A stretch of DNA of 63,982 bases, filler included, from Stramenopiles sp. TOSAG23-2 (GCA_900128395.1; 7 parts of 7 records of this genome joined end to end with filler, not necessarily neighbours in it); one strand, 5' to 3'. Positions 12,228 through 20,126 are shown, numbered from the whole stretch's first letter. Made by a program: numbers and translations. The notes: generated by a model from the letters alone, not told the origin.

Positions 12228-12315
12228 AAGTTTGGAGTGGTCACTTTGGAGTGGTCACTATCGAAAAATAAAATTGAATTAAAAATTGACATGTCACTCA
12301 TGATAAATTTGAAGA
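12228..12315 (+). promoter_or_regulatory. Cassette element copy (promoter half)
   Basis: TTTGGAGTGGTCAC x2, AAAATTGA at 12270 and 12282, TGACATGTCA at 12287, ends TTTGAAGA-ATG (12316). Confidence 0.9.
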
Positions 12316-12708
12316 ATGAGTACGCAAAAAAACACGCAATCAACACAATCCACTACGGATACAGCATTAAATACCACTGTAGATACAATGTTTAAATTAT
12401 TTAATTTACAGGATTTAGATGATTATGATGTTAAAAAAAAAATAGTAAAAGAAAGAAAAGGATGGATAAAGGAAGCATTACCAATTTTGAAACAAAACAT
12501 TTTGATACTTGATGAAAGTATTAGAGATGAAGTAACTAAAATTTGTTTAAATATACTAAAAGAAGTCCCATATGTAGATATTAGACCATATGCGCATAAT
12601 ATTATTAGAATGCAGTTATTTGGATTAGAGAACCATCTTAAAGATGAAGAATTAAAGAAGATAGTTACTATATTACAATTACCTAAACTTGGGTGGTGTT
12701 GTCCCTAA
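12316..12708 (+). CDS. Cassette ORF, hypothetical 130 aa (leader MSTQKNTQSTQST)
   Basis: ATG abuts the element; the stop is followed 17 nt later by the next element. Confidence 0.8.
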   Translation: MSTQKNTQSTQSTTDTALNTTVDTMFKLFNLQDLDDYDVKKKIVKERKGWIKEALPILKQNILILDESIRDEVTKICLNILKEVPYVDIRPYAHNIIRMQLFGLENHLKDEELKKIVTILQLPKLGWCCP

Positions 12709-12724
12709 ATAAAAATAAAAATAT

Positions 12725-12847
12725 GAAGACCGGAGATAGCTTTTTTTACTATGTATATGAAGTTTGAAGTGGTCACTTTGGAGTGGTCATTATCGAAAAA
12801 TAAAATTGAATTAAAAATTGACATGTCACTCATGATAAATTTGAAGA
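12725..12847 (+). promoter_or_regulatory. Cassette element, full copy (123 bp)
   Basis: GAAGACCGGAGATAGCT7-ACTATGTATATGAAG-(14-mer)x2-TATCGAAAAATAAAATTGAATTAAAAATTGACATGTCACTCATGATAAATTTGAAGA-ATG. Confidence 0.92.
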
Positions 12848-13216
12848 ATGAGTACAACTGTAGTAAACACAAACATGTCAACACAACAAATCCAAGCATT
12901 ACAAGAGAGGATACGCCAGTTAGAGGAGGCAAATAAAGCATTGGAATCTAAAATACCAAAACAAGCAAAGAAAGCTTATCCATTAAATATCAGATATGTT
13001 ATTGAGATACATAAAGATGTAACAGATACCAGCTTAGCCAAAGCAAAATGTCAAATACATCCTGAGATGAGCAAGATGAATAAATCAATACGTAATATTA
13101 TAAAGGAACATGGTTGGGCTATAAGTATAGGTAAAGATAAGACGGGACATAATGTTCCAATATTCAAACCTCTATTATTTAAAAAAAAAACAGAAAAAGC
13201 AAAAATTACAAAATAA
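12848..13216 (+). CDS. Cassette ORF, hypothetical basic 122 aa with N-terminal coiled coil (leader MSTTVVNTNMSTQ)
   Basis: Lies exactly between two elements; QIQALQERIRQLEEANKALE heptads. Confidence 0.8.
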   Translation: MSTTVVNTNMSTQQIQALQERIRQLEEANKALESKIPKQAKKAYPLNIRYVIEIHKDVTDTSLAKAKCQIHPEMSKMNKSIRNIIKEHGWAISIGKDKTGHNVPIFKPLLFKKKTEKAKITK

Positions 13217-13228
13217 ATTATATATAAG

Positions 13229-13352
13229 GAAGACTGGAGAAAGCTTTTTTTTATTACATATAAGAAGTTTGGAGTGGTCACTTTGGAGTGGTCATTATCG
13301 AAAAATAAAATTGAATTAAAAGTTGGCATGTCGCTCATGATAAGTTTGAAGA
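13229..13352 (+). promoter_or_regulatory. Cassette element, full but diverged copy
   Basis: Same layout with substitutions (GAAGACTGGAGAAAGC; second AAAATTGA changed to AAAGTTGG; palindrome degraded). Confidence 0.92.
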
Positions 13353-13901
13353 ATGAGCACAACTGTAGAAAACACAAACATGTCAACACAAGATAATTCT
13401 GGAAATTCACTTTCCCACCAATTATTAAATAAGATAGATGATGTAAAGCCAAAACTAACGGATAACGAGTATAAGGAAATTGTGGAGTTATTACAAAAAA
13501 AATATAAAGCAAGTGATAATCTCTACAATATGACTATAATGATTCCATGTATGAAAAAAGATTCGGAACACAGTGGTGGTGCATGCGAATGTTGTGAGCG
13601 AGGTTGGCCAGATTATTTTAACTTTGAAATAAAAACCATAACATTAGTACAAAAGTTAAAGAATGAAACAGTAACCAAAATAATGGAAGAATTAAACAAT
13701 AATAAAACTTTTATGGTCCCTTTTAGCTTTAGGTCATTTGATTGTTACCATAACAAGGAATTAAAAGCTGCTCTTGAAGCAAACACATTATTGGTTCAAA
13801 TATTAATACAAATAAGAGAGACATATACTTTGTATAATGATAAATTTCGTATATGTTCTCAACCCATCTATATTACAAAATTAGAACAAATGACAAAATA
13901 A
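13353..13901 (+). CDS. Cassette ORF, hypothetical 182 aa (leader MSTTVENTNMSTQ; CECC motif)
   Basis: ATG abuts the element; leader almost identical to that of ORF 12848. Confidence 0.8.
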   Translation: MSTTVENTNMSTQDNSGNSLSHQLLNKIDDVKPKLTDNEYKEIVELLQKKYKASDNLYNMTIMIPCMKKDSEHSGGACECCERGWPDYFNFEIKTITLVQKLKNETVTKIMEELNNNKTFMVPFSFRSFDCYHNKELKAALEANTLLVQILIQIRETYTLYNDKFRICSQPIYITKLEQMTK

Positions 13902-13964
13902 GTAAATATCTCAAAATCATTAAACTTTTTTAAGTAAAAATATACATAAACAATTCTGCTGTTT

Positions 13965-14720
13965 ATGTATATGATCATATTTAATAGCTGGTATGGTAGG
14001 TTAGGGAATAATATAATTCAATTAAAAAATGTAATACAAATAGCTTTTCATTATAAATATAAAATTTGGTTTAGATGCTCACATAAATTTTTTGATCTTA
14101 GAATCATAGAAAAATATTTCGGTAATAATAAAAATAGCAAACCGATAACGGATGAATATAATTTTTTTGATAGAAGCAAAATGAAACATATTCCTCCAGA
14201 AGTATTTCAACATAATAACAAAGAAGCTATTAATCTATTAAGACACGCATTTATCATAAAGGATAAAGATTTTAAGATATTAGATGAAAATGATCTGGTA
14301 GTACACATCAGAAGCGGAGATTTATTCAACAGTAGTCCACATCCGGGATATGTTCCTCCTCCCTTATCATATTACACCAATATCTTAAATAATACAAATT
14401 ATAACAAAATAATTATAGTCTGTGAAGATAAATTGAACCCTGTTGTAGATGAGCTGCTTAAATTATATGTTCATAGCACTCACAATGTAAATTGTTTGGA
14501 AGATGATATAAAAATTATTCTGGGTGCCAAAACTATAATTAGTAGCATTGGTACCTTTATACCCAGTTTGACTATGTTGTCTAATAATATATTGAAAGAA
14601 TACAACACATCATTATATAAAAAAGAATTAGAAAAATATTACATATGTAATAAACCGTGGAAGAATACCAAAATACAGAGAAACAATATTTTGAATTATC
14701 AAATCAACAATAACAACTAA
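13965..14720 (+). CDS. Glycosyltransferase family 11-like (alpha-1,2-fucosyltransferase-like) protein
   Basis: GRLGNNIIQ and VHIRSGD match the GT11 GxLGNQ and HxRxGD motifs. Confidence 0.7.
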   Translation: MYMIIFNSWYGRLGNNIIQLKNVIQIAFHYKYKIWFRCSHKFFDLRIIEKYFGNNKNSKPITDEYNFFDRSKMKHIPPEVFQHNNKEAINLLRHAFIIKDKDFKILDENDLVVHIRSGDLFNSSPHPGYVPPPLSYYTNILNNTNYNKIIIVCEDKLNPVVDELLKLYVHSTHNVNCLEDDIKIILGAKTIISSIGTFIPSLTMLSNNILKEYNTSLYKKELEKYYICNKPWKNTKIQRNNILNYQINNNN

Positions 14721-14808
14721 TTTTTTTAGTCACTGATAACACTGTAATTTCTACTATTGCTTATCGCAGTTTTGTATATGATAATTAATATCTTTGATGA
14801 ATATATAG

Positions 14809-15856
14809 ATGGAGTCAATAGCAAGTAAAGAGACCTTCTTTCTACAATGTAACCGGACCAATTCATTAATAGATAAAGACCTCCCTGAACAAAATTCAAG
14901 TTGGACGACCTCCCTTGGAACTGGTGACTTTAACCTTATGCCTGGAGATGTGGTGTTTGTTGATTCGGTTAGTTTAGATGTTTTAGGAGCGGAAGATTCA
15001 GATTCAACACTTTCCTTTACAGGCACCAACGCAATCCAAAACGGAGTAGAGATGCCGTATTGCGATAATATGGTGTTGTTAGAGGTAGGTTTTGTTTTAA
15101 ACCATAATGCGGGTCCCATAGGGGGGGGGTTACAGCCTCGGTCTCCCGTTAAAACTACCAAGTCAAATACAGGGTATAGGAAACCAAAAAATACAAGTGA
15201 ATCCTGGAAATTGGGATAGTAGTGGTAATCCAACAAAAAAATACGCAACGTTGGGAGCAGGTTTATTCAATACAGACCATAATACTACTACAATATCACC
15301 AGCTCCCATTAACGGCTCCTTGTTGTATGAAGTTACGGAGAAAAGGTGGAGCACGACACCAGCCAACGGTCCCAAGGACTTTAGGTCTATGAACGTAAGG
15401 CAAGGGTGGGACAATCTCCCTTATGTATTATTACGGAATGATTTTCAGGGCACACAAGGTCTTCCATATGATTTAGCTGATGGAATTACACCACCCCTCG
15501 CACCGCAAACCGCATTTATATTGTTAAATGTAGATGATTTAAATACCATCACCAATGTGAATGAATTGAGTGTATTACTAACCAACAAATTGAATAAGGT
15601 CAATACGGTTTATGGTGATTCACCTGAGGTGAGGGAATATTTAACCGATAGAAGTAAGCAAACGCAAAAAGGAGATTTGATTATTCCATATGTATTAGAC
15701 GATGATGATTTAACAACTACAAAGGCGTGGTCTAACATTGCAGCTAAGTTCTCAACTCCAACTATGCGCACCATCCCTGCCAACCTTCAAGTGGGTAAAG
15801 ATTACATTATGTATGTATTTTGCTCTTCAGAAGCGAATATATCTTTTTTTTATTGA
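14809..15856 (+). pseudogene. Single beta-rich, possibly virion structural gene, frameshifted at a G9 run and probably 3'-truncated
   Basis: Removing one G from 15121-15129 fuses ORF 14809 to ORF 15197 through an open frame (GGGYSLGLPLKLPSQIQGIGNQKIQVNPGNW). The structural role is inferred only from composition. Confidence 0.6.
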
Positions 15857-16019
15857 TGGTTTCAACAAACGATAATTCTTTCAAAAAATTATTTTTTGTG
15901 GTGGTATCTACTAATTTTACATTGGTTTCGGTGTTGTTGGTAAAATTAGATTTTTTGTTTTCGCATTGAGTAGGTGCGGTAGAGGAATCTGCTAAAGAAC
16001 TCATATATATTTCATACAT
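15807..16019 (-). pseudogene. Short ORF, probably the N-terminal stub of a longer gene
   Basis: MSSLADSS... start at 16004; overlaps the end of the convergent ORF 15197-15856 by 50 nt. Confidence 0.4.
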
Positions 16020-16084
16020 ATTTTTCTTTTATGTTACTTTTTTAATTAATTAATGTCTATTGTGATGATATATGGTAACAGAAT

Positions 16085-16108
16085 AAAAAAAGCTATCTCC
16101 GGTCTTCC
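16085..16108 (-). terminator. Cassette element, terminator-like half only
   Basis: GGAAGACCGGAGATAGCTTTTTTT 10 nt after the stop of ORF 16119-16382, with no promoter half following. Confidence 0.7.
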
Positions 16109-16118
16109 ATTTATATAT

Positions 16119-16382
16119 TTATTCATTAATTTCATAAAGTTCAACTCCATGTTTAAAATCAGCATCACCTATCAATTCCTCCAAGTCAATTAAATCAAAT
16201 TTGTCTGTTGCGTCTTCTTCATCTTCAGCCTCAATCTCAACCGTTCCTGACCCACAAATATTATAAGACATATAAAATTTTTTTAATTTAGCAGGTTCTT
16301 CTTTTTCTACTTCAATTGTTTTATTTAAGCTTTTAGAGATTTTTGTGTTTGTGTTCATGTTTTTTTGTGTGTTTGAGTTCAT
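16119..16382 (-). CDS. Cassette ORF, small acidic 87 aa protein (leader MNSNTQKNMNTNT)
   Basis: Between two element copies. TVEIEAEDEEDA resembles the VEAxxEEEA motif of small phage DpnD/PcfM-like proteins (weak). Confidence 0.75.
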   Translation of the reverse strand: MNSNTQKNMNTNTKISKSLNKTIEVEKEEPAKLKKFYMSYNICGSGTVEIEAEDEEDATDKFDLIDLEELIGDADFKHGVELYEINE

Positions 16383-16406
16383 GTTTTTTTATGTTTCTGT
16401 ATTTGT

Positions 16407-16524
16407 AATTTATCATGAGTGACATGTCAATTTTTAATTCAATTTTATTTTTTGATAATGACCACTCCAAAGTGACCACTCCAAAGTTCATATACATAGT
16501 AAAAAAAGCTATCTCCGGTCTTCC
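16407..16524 (-). promoter_or_regulatory. Cassette element, full copy with a different 3' end before the ATG
   Basis: The reverse complement matches 12725-12842 almost exactly; TGAAGA is replaced by a 24-nt A-rich stretch. Confidence 0.92.
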
Positions 16525-16537
16525 ATTAGTTTTATGC

Positions 16538-16912
16538 TTATAATTCATTATATTTATATTGAACACTGTTATTATGTAGTTTAAAACTACCAGTAGCAAT
16601 AGTTTCATTACATCCGCAATATTTATACACAATTTTAAATGAATACCATCCACCGTCTTCAAATCCCCAACCATACAACAAGCGTGCTTCATATTCATTT
16701 CTCATGGATGGTTCGCCATTAAATTCATCAAATTCATCATCCATATACATATAAACTTTTTTCCATTTGTGCTCTACTTTAACCATAAGTCTGTATTCTG
16801 GTGGGGCTGGTTTAACTTCTGGAACAATATGAAACAGGTGTGCTATGGTATTTTTTGCATTTTTGTCCATTGTTGATTGCGTGTTTTTTTGTGTGTTTTC
16901 TACTGTACTCAT
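16538..16912 (-). CDS. Cassette ORF, hypothetical 124 aa (leader MSTVENTQKNTQSTM)
   Basis: ATG abuts the element; the stop is 13 nt before the next element. Confidence 0.8.
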   Translation of the reverse strand: MSTVENTQKNTQSTMDKNAKNTIAHLFHIVPEVKPAPPEYRLMVKVEHKWKKVYMYMDDEFDEFNGEPSMRNEYEARLLYGWGFEDGGWYSFKIVYKYCGCNETIATGSFKLHNNSVQYKYNEL

Positions 16913-17030
16913 TCTTCAAATTTATCATGAGTGACATGTCAATTTTTAATTCAATTTTATTTTTCGATAATGACCACTCCAAAGTGACCACTCCAAACTT
17001 CTTATACATAGTAAAAAAAGCTATCTCCGG
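16913..17030 (-). promoter_or_regulatory. Cassette element, near-full copy
   Basis: CCGGAGATAGCT7...TTTGAAGA-ATG on the minus strand. Confidence 0.92.
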
Positions 17031-17101
17031 ATCCAATAATTATAAGAAAAATTATGATAAAATTAGGGAAATCGGCTGTTTTTTGATGAATAAATAGTGA
17101 C

Positions 17102-17335
17102 TGGATAAAGTCTAATTATTATTTTTTAAATAGCAACTGAATTTTGCGTAATTTGCGTATGATTTTTTGGAATACAAACTTTTATAGTATAAAAAAATAT
17201 ATCTATCTATCTTTTTTTTTTATTTTTTATCAAATTATTAAAAATTATTACGCTTTTTACGCAAATACAAAAAAAACGTATTAAAAAACGCTGTTGATAG
17301 GGGGAACATTCATACGCAAATTACGCCTTTATCCA
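17102..17335. repeat. Second strand-symmetric non-coding region (GCGTA/TACGC motifs, nested inverted repeats)
   Basis: GCGTAATTTGCGTATG (17146-17161) vs CATACGCAAATTACGC (17311-17326); TGGATAAAG (17102) vs CTTTATCCA (17327); AT-rich core. Confidence 0.75.
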
Positions 17336-17485
17336 CTACTTCTTTTTTAACCGAATGAATGGCTTTTAACTTATACACAAATACACAAATAATTACAATA
17401 AATACACTTTTATCACTACACATGCGTCACGTAAAAATATTATCACAAAAAGTTATACTATTTAACACGAAAAGTTATATTAAAT

Positions 17486-18463
17486 ATGAGCGATGATGAA
17501 GGAGCCAGGAGTGGTTCAAAAGCACTGAGAGAAGCGAGAAAAAGAAGGAGAAAAAGAAGACGAAAAAAAAAACAAGAACAACACAGTAGTGATGATGAAG
17601 ATGAAAAAGAAACTGCTATAAATGTTGATCGAATAACCCCTTCTGATGGTAGTGATGACGAAGGAAACAACACTCCTGAAGAAGAAGTGAATACAGAAGA
17701 AAGTAGCAGTAATAAAACCACAGTTCATTCACGAAAATATTTAGCCGCCACAGCTTTATACGATACTTATGATTTTATTACAGATATTTTATTTGTTGTT
17801 GATTTGGTTGGGACACCTTATTATAATTGGTCATTATTGTTTCTACTACTATCGTTTGTGCCATACTTTTTTTTCTATTTGTTGTGGTTTTGCAGGAGTT
17901 TTTACAATTTAAAGGAATACCGAGAAATTGTGTTAAAAAAGAAGGAATTTATGTTGCGTATGATTAAGATGCACCAACAACAGGAATTCCCCGACGAAGA
18001 ACAGTTACGTTACTGGGAACAAGAATTAAAAATTTTGGAAACTGGAGGTAAGCGTACGGTTGTGTTCACTCATAATTACACTCGGTTCACTGTTAATTAC
18101 GCGATATTAAAGGCAGATGAGGCTAAACAAAAGAAAACAGTTTTTCTTCAAATTCCAATAATAAATGCCTGGGCGTTATTAAGAGCAAAAGACGAAGACT
18201 TGGAAGAATTTTCTAAAAGGAGTCAAAGAAAACGTTTTATTTATCGCATTATTGAGGACATTCCTCAAACCATTATTGCAGTTCTGGTATTACGAGATGG
18301 AGGAGGAAGTTGGCTCACTTGGCTAAGTGTTGGATCAAGTGCGGTGTATTTAACTGTGTGGGTTTTTTATGAATTGATTTACTTAACATTTTTAACTGGA
18401 AAATGTTGTGTGGATTGTTGTAAAGAAGCAGATAGAAAATTAACTGCGATTATGCAGTCATAA
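17486..18463 (+). CDS. Multi-pass membrane protein, XK-related (XKR scramblase-like)
   Basis: YDFITDILF in the first TM hairpin and IIEDIPQTII later match the DxxTD and ExxPQ signatures of the XK family; charged low-complexity N-terminus. Confidence 0.6.
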   Translation: MSDDEGARSGSKALREARKRRRKRRRKKKQEQHSSDDEDEKETAINVDRITPSDGSDDEGNNTPEEEVNTEESSSNKTTVHSRKYLAATALYDTYDFITDILFVVDLVGTPYYNWSLLFLLLSFVPYFFFYLLWFCRSFYNLKEYREIVLKKKEFMLRMIKMHQQQEFPDEEQLRYWEQELKILETGGKRTVVFTHNYTRFTVNYAILKADEAKQKKTVFLQIPIINAWALLRAKDEDLEEFSKRSQRKRFIYRIIEDIPQTIIAVLVLRDGGGSWLTWLSVGSSAVYLTVWVFYELIYLTFLTGKCCVDCCKEADRKLTAIMQS

Positions 18464-18636
18464 AAAAATTCTACGTCCTCCATTATCCATTCTTTTCTTT
18501 CTTTTACTATTTTTTTTTTAACATCATAATCATCTAAATCCTGTAAATTAAATGATTTAAACATTGTACCTACAGTGGTATTTAATGCTGTCTCCGTAGT
18601 GGATTGAGTTGATTGCGTGTTTTTTTGCGTGCTCAT
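18379..18636 (-). pseudogene. Truncated paralogue of cassette ORF 12316-12708
   Basis: First ~51 aa are nearly identical (MSTQKNTQSTQSTT.TALNTTV.TMFK.FNLQDLDDYDVKKKIVKERK.WI), then the frame runs into the antisense strand of the XK-like gene. Confidence 0.8.
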
Positions 18637-18693
18637 TCTTCAAATTTATCATGAGTGACATGTCAATTTTTAATTCAATTTTATTTTTCGATA
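18637..18693 (-). promoter_or_regulatory. Cassette element copy cut by the contig end
   Basis: TATCGAAAAATAAAATTGAATTAAAAATTGACATGTCACTCATGATAAATTTGAAGA-ATG on the minus strand. Confidence 0.92.
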
Positions 18694-19578
18694 NNNNNNN
18701 NNNNNNNNNNNNNNNNNNNNNNNNNNNNNNNNNNNNNTTAATTAATTAANNNNNNNNNNNNNNNNNNNNNNNNNNNNNNNNNNNNNNNNNNNNAATTTAT
18801 GTAAAAAATGACATTTCCATCTAAAATATGATATTTTGTATAATTTCATATTTGATCGTATTTATATCTAATTTTAAGAAAAGGATGAATTTGTTAAAAA
18901 GACGATGTAATTTTTATATGTATTTTGTGTTTTAAAAAATGGATATTTTTATAATTTAATGATTTCTATGAATTTTATTGTTTATTTTAGTCATTTCGGT
19001 AAATTAATAATTTATTTAAGTACAAATTTCAGTGTAAAAATTTGATGCCAAAAATTCTGCTATCCCTAATTTCTGAAAACGAGAAATGTCAAAATTATTT
19101 TGCCAATTGATAGGAAAAATAGTATACTAGTGGAGCCTAAGTTTAAAAAGGTATTTTCAATGTTTTTCCTTTGTTTTCATGTAATGAAATGAAAAATCCA
19201 TCATCAAAACTATGAAATATAAGAATTTAGGTTGAAAATGTTGAAAACGATGAAATTTGATGAAAAATTTCCCTGTTCATGGCCAAAACAACTATTTACT
19301 ATTGAAAAAACTAAAAAATCACCACGTTGCACATCCCAGATTTGTAGTGATATGCAAAATACAGGCAATAGCATTAAAATGGTGGAAATAGCATATAAAT
19401 AAACAAGCTATTAGCACTACACAGGCCTTAAGTTTAATTTTTAGGAGTTTTGATCGAAATAAACAAAGTTTTGATACCAAATATTACTCTAAGAGTTCTT
19501 TATCATAGGGAAAATCGGATCCTAACATGGAGATACCATTACAACAGGGACACAGCATTATACTATGGACATAGCTAT

Positions 19579-19854
19579 CGTGCCGGCTATTCGTGCCGGC
19601 AAAGGTCATGCCGGCAAATTTCAGGATTTTGCCGGTACCGGCAATGCAGTTTCCAAACATTTACAGGGCACACAGGACTATTATTAATTACCTTAAATGT
19701 TGCCGGCACCGTGCCGGCAACATTTACAAGGCACACACCACTTGTGCCGGCGAGAGGTAAACCGTGCCGTGATGGTCCTACGTTTTATTTTTTAGGCCTA
19801 ACATACCATTAGGAAAACCTAATTTTCGCCGGCACCGTGCCGTGGCCACCCCTG
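19579..19854 (-). mobile_element. Probable end of a hAT-type DNA transposon with subterminal repeats
   Basis: The minus strand begins CAGGGGTGGCCACGGCACGG (hAT-like terminus) and is followed by at least 8 GCCGG-containing motifs in AT-rich DNA. The partner end and transposase were not found. Confidence 0.5.
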
Positions 19855-20126
19855 TCAATCAAATGACACAATCATTTGCACATTTATACTTCTAAGAGTA
19901 ATATCCAATATATAGGAAACAGAAAATACCTTAAATGTTTTTCGCATATTTTAATCTAATATAAATAATAATCTAAATCCATCCAGGAAATGTATAGCTT
20001 AATTTTATTTTACTTTTCTTTACACGACAACATTCCCATATATATATAAAACATGATAAATGAACAATTTCTTCCACGTATTAATTATTTACCACCTCGG
20101 TTTGTACAAATAAATGATACGCCAAG

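Larger units (their letters stand above)
9398..18693. mobile_element. Virus-like contig (NCLDV or Polinton-like/virophage-type eukaryotic dsDNA virus, free or endogenous) carrying promoter-cassette arrays
   Basis: Short intronless ORFs, repeated AAAATTGA motifs upstream of starts, GT11-like and methyltransferase-like genes, and none of the long poly-Asn/Gln tracts seen in the host proteins. No capsid, polymerase or integrase hallmark gene recognised, so the class is uncertain. Confidence 0.7.

Noticed and set aside
12228-17030. CRISPR array interpretation of the repeated element
   Set aside because: The repeats are ~120 bp, the intervening sequences are whole 260-550 bp ORFs, and no cas genes are present.
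12705-17097. ORFs running through the element (12705-12941, 12751-12936, 13051-13512, 16333-16698, 16812-17036, 16840-17097) sharing FGVVTLEWSLSKNKIELKIDMSL or its antisense
   Set aside because: These are shadow translations of the DNA repeat. Starts and ends are inconsistent, they overlap the real cassette ORFs, and several differences between copies are non-synonymous.
9398-18693. Claim that the viral segment is integrated between the neighbouring host genes
   Set aside because: It is bounded by artificial linkers and no host-virus junction is visible. It could be endogenous, infecting or contaminating.
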